Of a stretch of 64,000 bases of DNA, positions 40,244 to 50,170 are shown piece by piece. This DNA comes from a virus (lineage: Duplodnaviria; Caudoviricetes): positions 448,001-512,000 of the IMG/VR virus record IMGVR_UViG_3300021431_000075. One strand, given 5' to 3'. Position numbers and translations under genes: made by a program. How positions within the stretch are numbered: the stretch's first letter is position 1; each line of letters starts with the position of its first letter. Under the pieces are notes generated by a model that did not search any database, was not told the DNA's origin, and was given only the letters and a program-made list of their open reading frames with translations.

Positions 40244-40435
40244 TTAGTTGATTTTATTATATAATTCTACTAATGCTTCTTCCCACAATATAACATCATC
40301 ACCACACAATCTGATTGGTTTTAATTTATACATTGGTTCAATTGGACCATAAGATATTTCATATATCTCCAACGGTATCGTATCTCGTGTATGTTTTTTA
40401 GTGAACATGTCACCAATTTTAAATTTGCTTTCCAT
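40244..40435 (-). CDS. small hypothetical protein
   Basis: MESKFKIGD start, TAATG overlap with the MTase gene. Confidence 0.6.
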   Translation of the reverse strand: MESKFKIGDMFTKKHTRDTIPLEIYEISYGPIEPMYKLKPIRLCGDDVILWEEALVELYNKIN

Positions 40436-41421
40436 TATTTCTCATTATTTTTAACTCTCTTGACAACCAGTCTTTTGAATTTGCATTTGCCGTTCAATAT
40501 CGGTTTCGCAAAGTCATAGTTCTCTTGATTCACTCCGCCGTTCAGTTGTCCGAGTATTTCAAACAGAATGTCATTTCCATATGAATCCACAAAGTTGATA
40601 TAACCAAATTCGTTCAACTTGTCGAATGATGTTATCGGAACTCCCATCACTTCATAGTAGTCAACAGGAATCTCTGCCATCGAATTGACATTTATCGCGT
40701 CATAAGTGTCATATTTTGGATAGTCATCTGGATTGAACTTCTTTGTCAATATGGTTTTCTTCATTTTAGGGAACTCATAGTCAAGTGTCGTGAACCATCT
40801 CACTCCTTTAACCCTGATGAATCTTCTTCCTTCTGAATCAACTCCGCAACTTGTCCCGTCAAGCGGATAGTCATCCGGGATATAGAACTTGCGGTCTCCG
40901 CTGTGGATTGTTCCGCCGTACTTCAGTTTTCCGTCAACAACATTGCAGAATATGCCCTTGTATGTCAATGCATTCATATTTCCGAGAATGATGAAGTCTT
41001 TTTCCATCTTTAGAAGCATTGCCATGAACTCGCCGGAACGAGAGAACGGAGGATTCGTAACGATGATGTCTGCAGTCTTGATAAGTTCCGCAACTTCTTG
41101 CCCCATCATGTCGAATATGTTTTCAGTTAAACGTTCTCTGATAGAAAACTTGTCGATTTCAGCAAAGGTTCCCGCATTCTCTCCGTAAGATGTTGCAATC
41201 AGTTTCTTTAGTCCAAGTTCCTTGAACTTGTCCTTGAAGAACTTATAGAAGTTGCTGAATCTATAATCATCGCACGGACAATATACAATCTTTTCATTAA
41301 ACAAGTTCTTGTACAAAGTCATCTCTTTTTCAATGTCCTCGTACATCGTATAGAACTCGTCCGCCTTGTTTGTTCTTGCGGTTCTCAGGTTCTCGTTCGT
41401 CTTGTCTGTATTTCTCGGCAT
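40435..41421 (-). CDS. EcoRI-family adenine-specific DNA methyltransferase (orphan)
   Basis: DEFYT, VYCPCDD, DIIVTNPPFS, MGVPIT; no restriction endonuclease next to it. Confidence 0.85.
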   Translation of the reverse strand: MPRNTDKTNENLRTARTNKADEFYTMYEDIEKEMTLYKNLFNEKIVYCPCDDYRFSNFYKFFKDKFKELGLKKLIATSYGENAGTFAEIDKFSIRERLTENIFDMMGQEVAELIKTADIIVTNPPFSRSGEFMAMLLKMEKDFIILGNMNALTYKGIFCNVVDGKLKYGGTIHSGDRKFYIPDDYPLDGTSCGVDSEGRRFIRVKGVRWFTTLDYEFPKMKKTILTKKFNPDDYPKYDTYDAINVNSMAEIPVDYYEVMGVPITSFDKLNEFGYINFVDSYGNDILFEILGQLNGGVNQENYDFAKPILNGKCKFKRLVVKRVKNNEK

Positions 41422-41432
41422 ATCTTATTAGA

Positions 41433-41921
41433 TTAGAATAGAGGGTCTGATGCAACTTCGTCGATTCTTTCGCTCATTCCCATGTTCGTGTAATAGTCAT
41501 CAAGTATCTCTGTTTTCATCTTGCATGATATGACTTTCTTTACGATGTAGTCATAGTTGAAGTCAAAGAATTCATTGATTGCTATGACTATCTCATATGC
41601 TGACAGAGTCTTTATCTTGGATAGATGTTCTTTCATGTAGTAGAACACCTTTGAGATATCTTCCTTCGGAATCTTGATTATTTTCGTTTCCTTGTCTGTA
41701 TAAGCTTCTGCGAATGGAGAGTTCTTGTATATCTCGTACAACTTGTTTGCTGTGTCTATCCTGTCTTGGTCAAGACTGATATCTTCTGTTATCGAGTAGT
41801 CATAACGGTCATACACCATCGGAGAAATCGCGATGGTCGAGTTGTTTAGCGATTCTGCATCTATTCCGCCGGTGAAGTAACCGTCGTTGCTTAACATCTT
41901 GGTCGTATTAATTCTTCCCAT
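41433..41921 (-). CDS. hypothetical protein ending in DPLF
   Basis: 162-aa ORF downstream of the helicase. Confidence 0.75.
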   Translation of the reverse strand: MGRINTTKMLSNDGYFTGGIDAESLNNSTIAISPMVYDRYDYSITEDISLDQDRIDTANKLYEIYKNSPFAEAYTDKETKIIKIPKEDISKVFYYMKEHLSKIKTLSAYEIVIAINEFFDFNYDYIVKKVISCKMKTEILDDYYTNMGMSERIDEVASDPLF

Positions 41922-41967
41922 TTCTCATATGAGTCGATTTTTTTAAATAGATATGTTGTGTATTTAA

Positions 41968-43773
41968 TCACATCATTGGCGTCTGTGGAATGCCGTTTCC
42001 GGATGTATAATGGTACATGGTCTGTTTCTGCTCGCCTTGTTGGTTTTGATAACTTGCGGCATTGTCGTCAATATGATGGAATAGTGTCTTTTGTGGTGTC
42101 ATTACTCCGCCGAACAAATCTTGCGGAGTTTGTGGTATTGCCGGCTGCGGAGCAGTTGGTTGCCTCTGGATGACTGGCTGTGAAGGAAATGGAGCCATGT
42201 CCGGATCTGAAACAGGAATCTGTATTCCGTGATTCGAATCAAGCTGTCCGTATATGTCCGGATTGTCATTGAGAGACAGACCGTTCGGCATCGGGTTCTG
42301 TCCGTCCATAATAGGATTGAACTCGTTTATGGTAGCAGGCTGTGGCTGTATCGCCGGCATCGGCGCTGGGTTGCTTTTGCCTGAACCGGATAAGATTGTA
42401 TTTGTTGCGTCGAAACTTCCCGGAAGCGGAACAGTATCTGGAATGATTCCTTCTGACGGGTCTTCCTTGATGCGCATATAGTCTCCCGTGAACAGGTACT
42501 TCTTCTTGTCGCCCATGTTCGGAGAGTTTCGGAGCGCGATTGCCTTCAGGTAGTATATGCCGCTTGCTTTCATGACAGGAGTGCAAATGATACCGTATAG
42601 GCTATCGACAGTCGCGATAAGACCTGATGATTCGGCAACGGATGTCATGTCAAGGTCAGACGCGCCCATTCCTGCTCGGTTTGTCTGTGTCAGAGAGATG
42701 ACGCACCAGTCGTTTCTCTGTGCCATTGCTCGGATGTCCTCGCAAATGGACTTGATTTTCATATAGGTGTCCGGCGAGTTTCCGTATCTTGCATCAGCCA
42801 TGATGTTCACATAGTCGATGAACACGTTTCTGATTTTGAACTCCTTTCCTTCGATTGAGCGAGACTTCTCGACATTCAGGATGAATGATTCGATGTCATA
42901 GACAGTTGCTGATGAAGTTGGGAATTCTTCTACAATGAGCGCGCCGGGACCGAACATCGAGTTGGAGAACACAGATGAAAGACGTTGTTTCATCATGTTC
43001 AAGTCATCTGCATACTGGTCATAATCCCTAATTGGAATGCTCATCAGATTGGAGCCGATTCGGTGGTTCACAATCTGTACGGACATCTCAAGACTGATAT
43101 ATACGCAGTTGTCTCCGTTCAGGACTGAATTCGCGCACAGGTTACAGAGCCACATCGACTTTCCGACTTTTGGCGGTCCCATCAGCACGTTCAGCGTCTT
43201 CTTTGCCCAGCCTCCGTTCAAGCAGGTGTCCATGAACTTGTATCCGGTTGTTCGTGTCTCGACTTTCGACAGCTTGTGTTCCATCGGGTCGAAGAAGTCA
43301 TGACCGACTTTGTCTCCGAGAGTGAAGTTCGCATCCGAAGAGAACATCGTCTTGACTTTCTGGATGTATGTGTGAGCGCTTTCTGGAGTTACGTCATACT
43401 GCGTCTGCATCAGATAGCTGGACATCCTGTTCACCGCAACGATGAAGTTGTTCCACTCTGCAAATCCCTTTGTCGTGGAACGAAGCCAATCTTCTGCATA
43501 GTTGGACAGGTTTTTCCTACACGACCATATCGAACGGATGATGTCTCTCGGAAGTTCGGCAGTCTTTTCATTCTGCTGAATCAGAGTGTACACCATGTCT
43601 TCAGTAGGCTCTTCCTTGTATTCTATGATATATGGTTGGACCAACTCGAACAATTTCTTCAGGATGTCCTGCGAGAAGTATGTTGGCTTGAATATGGAAG
43701 CCATGTCATAGTTCTTGATGACATAGAAGAATATCAGTTGTTCGGTATAGTTATCTGTTGTAGTTACGTCCAT
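41968..43773 (-). CDS. replicative DNA helicase (T4 gp41/DnaB-like) with Pro/Gln-rich tail
   Basis: Walker A GPPKVGKS, YISLEM, FIDYVNIM, TQTNR, ESSGL. Confidence 0.92.
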   Translation of the reverse strand: MDVTTTDNYTEQLIFFYVIKNYDMASIFKPTYFSQDILKKLFELVQPYIIEYKEEPTEDMVYTLIQQNEKTAELPRDIIRSIWSCRKNLSNYAEDWLRSTTKGFAEWNNFIVAVNRMSSYLMQTQYDVTPESAHTYIQKVKTMFSSDANFTLGDKVGHDFFDPMEHKLSKVETRTTGYKFMDTCLNGGWAKKTLNVLMGPPKVGKSMWLCNLCANSVLNGDNCVYISLEMSVQIVNHRIGSNLMSIPIRDYDQYADDLNMMKQRLSSVFSNSMFGPGALIVEEFPTSSATVYDIESFILNVEKSRSIEGKEFKIRNVFIDYVNIMADARYGNSPDTYMKIKSICEDIRAMAQRNDWCVISLTQTNRAGMGASDLDMTSVAESSGLIATVDSLYGIICTPVMKASGIYYLKAIALRNSPNMGDKKKYLFTGDYMRIKEDPSEGIIPDTVPLPGSFDATNTILSGSGKSNPAPMPAIQPQPATINEFNPIMDGQNPMPNGLSLNDNPDIYGQLDSNHGIQIPVSDPDMAPFPSQPVIQRQPTAPQPAIPQTPQDLFGGVMTPQKTLFHHIDDNAASYQNQQGEQKQTMYHYTSGNGIPQTPMM

Positions 43774-43833
43774 TACTAATTTCGATCACAGTAGTTCTTT
43801 GAAACTTTGCGTGATTTTTGAAAATTCTAAGAA

Positions 43834-43861
43834 GTATACATCAAAAAACGGCATTGGTTTA
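43834..43861 (-). promoter_or_regulatory. phage bipartite promoter TAAACC-N16-GTATAC
   Basis: upstream of the helicase. Confidence 0.75.
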
Positions 43862-43955
43862 AATAAATTAAGATTTTTCTTGATAAAGATTTGAAATGCT
43901 TTAAAAAGCGCCAAATGTCGTGTTTTAAGATAAATATATAAAATTTCGATGCATA

Positions 43956-44210
43956 ATGTTTGGCTTGAACGGCTTGTTAAAAGAAGGCATCTATGTAATA
44001 GAGGGATATGCTCGTTGGGTTTGCGATGTGTTCAGGGGTGATGCATCTCCGCGTTACAAGCAGCGTTACAAAATATGCAAGGAATGCAAATACAACAAGC
44101 ATGGAGTTTGCAAGTTGTGCGGATGCATCATCAAGGCTAAGACCAGAGTGTCATATGAACTTGATGAGAACGGCATATCATTAGATGGTTGTCCGATGAA
44201 AAAGTGGTAG
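43956..44210 (+). CDS. small Cys-rich (CxxC...CxxCGC...CP..KW) protein
   Basis: ICKEC, CKLCGC, CPMKKW; GATAAATA at 43929. Confidence 0.75.
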   Translation: MFGLNGLLKEGIYVIEGYARWVCDVFRGDASPRYKQRYKICKECKYNKHGVCKLCGCIIKAKTRVSYELDENGISLDGCPMKKW

Positions 44211-44219
44211 ATGAGTCAA

Positions 44220-44257
44220 AGAAAATCGCTCTACGTGTTGTTTTAGAGCGATTTTCT
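44220..44257. terminator. bidirectional intrinsic terminator
   Basis: AGAAAATCGCTCTA...TAGAGCGATTTTCT. Confidence 0.75.
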
Positions 44258-44277
44258 ATTTTTGTTGAGCCGAGTGC

Positions 44278-45615
44278 TTAATTGGCTTTCTGTTTCGGCT
44301 TTTTCTCTATCTTGAATTTCTTGTCGATGTTCTTTGATATGTACTCGCCGTCGATGACAATCTTCTTCTTTTTGGATGAAGGAGCGTCATACATAATCTG
44401 CTTCATTATCTTTTCGACGATTGACCTGAGCGCGCGTGCGCCTGTGTCGCCCTTTGACGCCTCGTCCACGATGTAGTCAAGGACTTCATCCGTTATCGTC
44501 AGTTCCTTCTTGTCAAGAGTCAGCAGTTTTGTGTACTGCTTGATAATCGCGTTTTTAGGCTCTGTTAAGATACGCTTGAGAGATTCCTTGTCAAGCGGTT
44601 CCACATATGTTATGATAGGAAGGCGTCCCACGAGTTCAGGGATGAAACCGTAGTTTCGGATGTCGTTCTGCTCGACATACTTAATCGGATTGTCCTTGTC
44701 CGGTTTCTCTGAATCAGGCTCTGTGTTGAGGTCGAATCCGACGGTTTTCATGTTCATCCTTGACTTGATGATTTCCTCGATTCCGATGAACGCGCCACCG
44801 AATATGAACATGATGTTCTTCGTATTGACTTTTATCATCTTTGCTTCCGGATGCTTTCTGCCGCCCTGTGGCGGAACAAGAACATCTGTTCCTTCAAGCA
44901 TTTTAAGCAATGCTTGCTGCACTCCTTCTCCGTTCACGTCTCTCGTGATTGACGAGTTCTTTGACTTTTTCCCGAGTTTGTCGCCCTCGTCCAGATAAAC
45001 GATTCCGCATTCTGCTTTCGCCACGTTGTAGTCGCATACTTGAAGAAGTCTTGTAAGGATTGACTCGACATCTTCCCCGACATATCCGGCTTCTGTGAAC
45101 ACGGTCGCGTCGGCAATACAGAAAGGCACGTCAAGAAGTTTTGCAAGTGTCTGCACGAGAATTGTCTTTCCGCTTCCGGATGGACCGCAAATGAGAATAT
45201 TTGACTTGTCTATCTGAACATCGTCTTCTGATGCCGATTCCGGTTGATGGATTCTCTTATAGTGGTTATACACCGCTACTGCAAGAGACTTTTTTGCTTC
45301 TTCCTGTCCGATGACATATTGGTCGAGATATGCCACGATGTCATGTGGCTTTGGAATCTTGAATTCTTTGGAAACTTCCGAAATCGGTTGCTTGTTCGAT
45401 TCCTCATACTCGTCCATTTCTTCAAATTCATAGTTGTCTAATGAACCGTGAGTCGCCTGTATGTGTTCGCTCAGGTTTGCAAGAGTCTGGATGCACTCGT
45501 CGCATATCATGCTTGACGAGTTTACACCTTTGAACATGTACTTCACTTCTGTTCGTGACTTGCCGCAGAAACTGCAGACATCTATTGGAATGTTGTTGTC
45601 TTTCTGTTCGCTCAT
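44278..45615 (-). CDS. clpX: ClpX AAA+ unfoldase
   Basis: CSFC/ICDEC zinc finger, [24 protein letters not shown] loop, TGARALR. Confidence 0.96.
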   Translation of the reverse strand: MSEQKDNNIPIDVCSFCGKSRTEVKYMFKGVNSSSMICDECIQTLANLSEHIQATHGSLDNYEFEEMDEYEESNKQPISEVSKEFKIPKPHDIVAYLDQYVIGQEEAKKSLAVAVYNHYKRIHQPESASEDDVQIDKSNILICGPSGSGKTILVQTLAKLLDVPFCIADATVFTEAGYVGEDVESILTRLLQVCDYNVAKAECGIVYLDEGDKLGKKSKNSSITRDVNGEGVQQALLKMLEGTDVLVPPQGGRKHPEAKMIKVNTKNIMFIFGGAFIGIEEIIKSRMNMKTVGFDLNTEPDSEKPDKDNPIKYVEQNDIRNYGFIPELVGRLPIITYVEPLDKESLKRILTEPKNAIIKQYTKLLTLDKKELTITDEVLDYIVDEASKGDTGARALRSIVEKIMKQIMYDAPSSKKKKIVIDGEYISKNIDKKFKIEKKPKQKAN

Positions 45616-45839
45616 AGTTTATTTTGGAGAAATCTCTTGTTGTTTTATTTATTGATTAAATTTCTTTGGTTCATTGCAGAGAACTGAGAATCCATATAGT
45701 TTTACATTAAATTTTGTCGATAGTTTAAAAAAGAATGTCATTTGATTGAAAAAGTTTTCAGAAATGCAGTTTTTCCAAAATAAATACATTATCTTTGCAG
45801 AAACAAATTAAATTAATGTGTAAGTTTTAACATATTGTT

Positions 45840-46211
45840 ATGAAGACGATAACTGGTTTCGATAATAATTTTGATTTCAGCAAGTTGATAAAGGTTGCCG
45901 ATTTAATATACTTTGATGGACCTCTATTGTCTCATTACATGAGTGATAATGGAGAAAACTATTTATTCCTTTGGGTTGATGCTGATGCCGACTATAATAG
46001 ATGGGTTGTAATTCGAACGGATATTTTGTCTATTCAACAATATCTTGACAGGAAAGTGAATCTGCGTTCTCTTGTGATGAATTCAAATGATGGTTTTGTT
46101 TTCTCTGTAGATATAGATGATGATATGAATTATTCTAACATAAAAGTTGTTCCTATCGATGAACTGCCTGAAAAATATTTTCCAACAGAAGATTCCTTCT
46201 ACAGTATGTAA
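45840..46211 (+). CDS. hypothetical protein (DUF6575-like, YFDGPLLS)
   Basis: AT-rich ORF with TATCTTTG promoter at 45790-45797. Confidence 0.65.
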   Translation: MKTITGFDNNFDFSKLIKVADLIYFDGPLLSHYMSDNGENYLFLWVDADADYNRWVVIRTDILSIQQYLDRKVNLRSLVMNSNDGFVFSVDIDDDMNYSNIKVVPIDELPEKYFPTEDSFYSM

Positions 46212-46290
46212 AAATGTTTATCTGAAATGCAATAATCTAAAAAGCAATAATTTGACTTAAATATTGTTTACATTAAGAATCATCAAACAA

Positions 46291-46324
46291 AAAACTTCAA
46301 GCAAATGACTGCTTGAAGTTTTTT
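46291..46324. terminator. bidirectional intrinsic terminator
   Basis: AAAACTTCAAGCA-aatgac-TGCTTGAAGTTTT. Confidence 0.8.
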
Positions 46325-46330
46325 CTGATG

Positions 46331-46406
46331 TAGCGCAGACGAGACTCGAACTCGCATGACTCTACGTCCCGAACGTAGTCGGACACCAATTACCGGTTAC
46401 TGCGCT
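46331..46406 (-). tRNA. tRNA-Pro (anticodon CGG)
   Basis: acceptor AGCGCAG/CTGCGCT+A73, anticodon arm CTACG-TTCGGGA-CGTAG, T arm GCGAG-TTCGAGT-CTCGT; CCA not encoded; D arm irregular. Confidence 0.8.
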
Positions 46407-46418
46407 GTTTTGATGTTG

Positions 46419-46450
46419 CAAAGTTAAGAACTATTTTTGTTTCAAGCAAA
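46419..46450 (-). promoter_or_regulatory. Bacteroidota housekeeping promoter for the tRNA
   Basis: TTTG-N20-TAACTTTG on the minus strand. Confidence 0.8.
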
Positions 46451-46465
46451 TTTTAGAGAACTTTT

Positions 46466-46744
46466 TTAATGTTTTTCTTTGCTTTTGAAATATTCCAAGT
46501 CTTGTTTTGCTATGTCGAGACCGTTTTGAGCATAACCGAGAATCTGTTTCTTGTCTTCTGGTTCATCAAGAACAAACTCGTCTATGTGTTCAATGATGAA
46601 AGATGCTTTCTCAATCGCTTTCTCGCAACTTTCCACATCGACAAGATTGTCTGAACTTATCATATTTCCCAAATAGAAGTATCTTAACTCTGAATTGAAG
46701 ATTTCAGATAGTCTTTTTATTTTTTCTGTAGTGCTTATTTCCAT
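46466..46744 (-). CDS. hypothetical protein
   Basis: 92-aa ORF; host-type promoters at 46780-46787 and 46843-46873. Confidence 0.7.
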   Translation of the reverse strand: MEISTTEKIKRLSEIFNSELRYFYLGNMISSDNLVDVESCEKAIEKASFIIEHIDEFVLDEPEDKKQILGYAQNGLDIAKQDLEYFKSKEKH

Positions 46745-46954
46745 GATTTCAATTTTTTGATTAAATATAAATTTCAGTACAAAGATATGATGTTTTTTCG
46801 ATTAAGAGACACAAAATCGAGAATTTTTGTCGATTAACTCTGCAAATTTAAGGATTTTTTTCTAAATTGCAAAATTGCATATTTCAAAATTGCAATATAA
46901 ATGGCGACTATTATCAGAAACAGCCGCCATTGTGTTTATTTTGCTTTGTCTGAA

Positions 46955-47605
46955 TCAAGGCCACTCGCCGAGAGGCTTGCCGAAAAATGCGCCATATGCA
47001 GGATTCTCGTCGCTTATATTTCCATTAGCAGCATCAACATAAAGTTGTGCATGCGAGTTGCCGAAAATGTACTGTGCGTTTGCATCTTTCGTACCGATTT
47101 CCTTTCTCAAAACGCATTGTCTTGAATGCGGCTTCGGATAGTTGGTTTCAAAAACTTTCTCTATTGCTTCATCAAATGTTACCGCAATTTGCTCATCGTT
47201 CAAAACATAGTCCTCAATCCAGAAACCTTTTATTACTTCATATTCAGTATCCGCTCCGTTGTGTGTGCAGAAAACTACATGAACGTCTGCAGTAGTCGGA
47301 GAGCATTGTTCTACGACTTGGAACACGTTTCTAATAGTCTCAATCTCATTGCTTGCAGTGTCTCCGTCCATAAAGTACTTCAGAGTCACGCAGCTTTCAA
47401 ACCATCGGAAACCTTCTCCGTAAGTATTGAACATGTACTGTTTGTCAAGATTGATGGCACGCTCAAGATTGAGAGTCGCTTCTTCTGCCTGAACTTCTTC
47501 TTCGATAGGCTCTTCTGCTGGCTGGACCTTCTTCTTTCCGTCGCATGATACAAGGCAAATGGCAAATGCCAAAAGCATCATAAAGATTAATCTCGCTTTC
47601 TTCAT
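46955..47605 (-). CDS. lipoprotein, C-terminus PepSY-like
   Basis: lipobox CLVSC; C-terminal LYVDAANGNI. Confidence 0.7.
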   Translation of the reverse strand: MKKARLIFMMLLAFAICLVSCDGKKKVQPAEEPIEEEVQAEEATLNLERAINLDKQYMFNTYGEGFRWFESCVTLKYFMDGDTASNEIETIRNVFQVVEQCSPTTADVHVVFCTHNGADTEYEVIKGFWIEDYVLNDEQIAVTFDEAIEKVFETNYPKPHSRQCVLRKEIGTKDANAQYIFGNSHAQLYVDAANGNISDENPAYGAFFGKPLGEWP

Positions 47606-47651
47606 AATTTCGTTTTTCTAAAATTTCAATTTTTGTTATTATTTTTATTTG

Positions 47652-48869
47652 TTATTTGTCGCCCTTTGTCGTGAACAGGCTTAGTCTTGTCAGCGCGTTC
47701 ATGAACTTGCTGAACGGCATTATGATACAGTATAGTTTCTCTTTCGCATAGAGTTTTTCATCAGACTTCTTCTCATAGGAACCATACATGAACTCGTTCT
47801 TTGCTATGAAGTACATTGAAGACTGGAGCATTCTTACAAACCTGTCATTGTTGTCTCCGCTGATGATTACATAGTAGCCGTCGTTTGTCGTGTCCCACTT
47901 GCTCAAGTTTCCATTGCCGAGTTCCCAGTTCATTATCTTGTCGATGTCTCCCATGCTTCCTGTCATATCTCTTCCGTACTTTCCGATGATGCTGAACAGT
48001 TTGGGGACGATGCTTAATGAAATCGAGTTGATGTTCTCTATATCTTTTGTGAACTTCATCTTTCTCTTGCATACAGTGCAGTTTATCCTGTGTGCATAGA
48101 ATCTTTTCATCAGCATCGCGAACATATTCCTATATGACTCCAAGTCGTTGTTGTCCGGACCGTTCGTGTTCAAGAACATATACATGAGATTCTTGCTAAT
48201 ATATGTCAAATTCTTCAATTCTGTGAAAGAAATCGTGTGTCCTTCCCAATAAAGAGAGTACTCGAAGTCCTTGTTTTCATTATCGACATACATCTTGAAC
48301 AGCATCTCTCCGTTTGTCTGCTTTGTCTCGATGTGGTCAATAACAAACTCGATTTCGCCGGTAGCATAGTCGAAATTTACATTCTTCAACTTGATTTTGT
48401 ACTCGTTCTGGTTTCCGAACTTTCCGGACTTTTGGACAAAGTCGTCGATGCTGCTTATCTTGTTCTCGTCCGCCGGATCTATCGCAAACATACTTGACAG
48501 ACACTCGAATGACCAGTTCACGAAGCGGCTCTTTGACGAATAGTGAACCTCTTTCATTCTTCCGGTTCCGGCGACTTTCATTTCGAAGTATACCGTCTCG
48601 AAGTCTGAATCATCATCAACGACTTCATCATTGAATATCTCGTCATCCAGCGTATCAAAAAGGCTTTCAAACATTGGATAACCGAAGTCGGCATGCGGTC
48701 TCAGCAACCGTCTGCGGATTTTCTTTCTTTGCTCAAGTTCCCACTCTTTGTCGAAGTCGAAATCTTCCCCGCCATCAAACACGGATGTCAGAATATAGTC
48801 ATTGTTGTTGAATCTCAACTTCTTTGTGAATTCTCTCCCAGATATATGAAGTTTGCTATGATGTCTCAT
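47652..48869 (-). CDS. hypothetical late protein
   Basis: long ORF; probable ATG 48869 (MRHHSK); GATAAATA at 48904-48911. Confidence 0.75.
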   Translation of the reverse strand: MRHHSKLHISGREFTKKLRFNNNDYILTSVFDGGEDFDFDKEWELEQRKKIRRRLLRPHADFGYPMFESLFDTLDDEIFNDEVVDDDSDFETVYFEMKVAGTGRMKEVHYSSKSRFVNWSFECLSSMFAIDPADENKISSIDDFVQKSGKFGNQNEYKIKLKNVNFDYATGEIEFVIDHIETKQTNGEMLFKMYVDNENKDFEYSLYWEGHTISFTELKNLTYISKNLMYMFLNTNGPDNNDLESYRNMFAMLMKRFYAHRINCTVCKRKMKFTKDIENINSISLSIVPKLFSIIGKYGRDMTGSMGDIDKIMNWELGNGNLSKWDTTNDGYYVIISGDNNDRFVRMLQSSMYFIAKNEFMYGSYEKKSDEKLYAKEKLYCIIMPFSKFMNALTRLSLFTTKGDK

Positions 48870-48922
48870 TTTGGATAAAACTAAAATCAAAAATGACTTT
48901 TTTTATTTATCAAAATCATAGA

Positions 48923-49393
48923 CTAACTGAAAGAGTCGAGCCGTTTTTTCAAATCAAGATAGTGGTTCCACATGGCATAAAGCCTCGGTCCGGAAAACTC
49001 TTGGTGCAGGTCGTTGGCTGCTTTGTAGTATTCAAGTTCCGCTTCTATCGTGTCTGCCCGGAGAATCTGGTAGTCTGCTTCCTTGTACGCCATTGCAAGC
49101 TCATAGTCGATATGTTCAAGGTTTGCTCCGTATTCGTCATTGCCGATTGTCCTGAGAATCTCGTTCTTGATTTCCTCTCTTGAAGCAATCAACGCGTCCA
49201 AGCATTTGTCATCCGGCAATGACTCGGATTTTTCAACAGTCAGGGAACCGTCATTGTTCATAGTTACAGTGACTTGCCATTGCGGACCGCAATCTGCATG
49301 TTCCTGTTCAAATGACGGATCTTTTGCAGCCTGTTCAACATTGTGACTGTTGCTTGTTCCGAATAAAGTCTTGAATCTGTCTATGAAACTCAT
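48923..49393 (-). CDS. hypothetical protein
   Basis: ATGA overlap with the upstream gene. Confidence 0.7.
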   Translation of the reverse strand: MSFIDRFKTLFGTSNSHNVEQAAKDPSFEQEHADCGPQWQVTVTMNNDGSLTVEKSESLPDDKCLDALIASREEIKNEILRTIGNDEYGANLEHIDYELAMAYKEADYQILRADTIEAELEYYKAANDLHQEFSGPRLYAMWNHYLDLKKRLDSFS

Positions 49394-50085
49394 TTGTTTG
49401 ACAAGAATATTTTAGAGAAGTTGTTGACATTTTCCATCAGTTCAGTTCCATATGCGTTCCACAAGTCTCTTGAATACTTCAGATTGAACTTCTCGATGTT
49501 TGCTATTATGTCTTTTAGCATTCTTGAAATGAACATGACAAGTTCTTCCCCGTATCCGATTTCGCTGTATAGACCGATGAGTCCGCTTATTAGAAAGTCA
49601 TCATAGAATATGTCAAGCGCCATGCATTCGGACAGGATGCTTTGGTGTATTGTCAGGTTGGAATCCTGATTGACGGAACTGTTGCATACTGCTGCATATA
49701 TGTTGCTCTTGCAAATGTCGATAATGTTCTTTGTTGAATCGTTTTCATCGAAGAAACTGAACATGCAAGACTCGAGACCGGATGATGCGTTCTCTGCATC
49801 TGTCACTTTCAGATACTTCCCGCCGCTGTTGTTATGCAAGCAGAAGATTCCGGAAACCATCAGAATGAATAAGTCGCTTTCTTTAAGAGAGAAACCGTAG
49901 TCTGTGTCCGGCTTTCTTGAGTTTTCGTATATGCATATGATATGATAGAGTATGCCAAGCGTCTTGTTGATGTTGTGGTACGGCAGAGATATGCTCGTAT
50001 TGTGCATCAAGTACCACTTGTATATCTCTATCAGGCTTTCGTTCGAGCAAATGACAGAATGGACCTTGTTTATGTCAAGTTTCAT
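49390..50085 (-). CDS. degenerate HD/PDEase-fold protein
   Basis: LPYHN at the expected position, but the HD dyad is replaced (IFCLHN). Confidence 0.5.
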   Translation of the reverse strand: MKLDINKVHSVICSNESLIEIYKWYLMHNTSISLPYHNINKTLGILYHIICIYENSRKPDTDYGFSLKESDLFILMVSGIFCLHNNSGGKYLKVTDAENASSGLESCMFSFFDENDSTKNIIDICKSNIYAAVCNSSVNQDSNLTIHQSILSECMALDIFYDDFLISGLIGLYSEIGYGEELVMFISRMLKDIIANIEKFNLKYSRDLWNAYGTELMENVNNFSKIFLSNK

Positions 50086-50170
50086 TTATGTACATGCTTA
50101 ATTAAATGCAGCAGACCGGAATGGAACTTCTTGCGAGTCGGAAACCGGTCTGCTGCCAGCGTTGTGAGAA

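Noticed and set aside
40435-41421. Complete EcoRI-like restriction-modification system
   Set aside because: No endonuclease adjacent; the flanking ORFs are small hypotheticals
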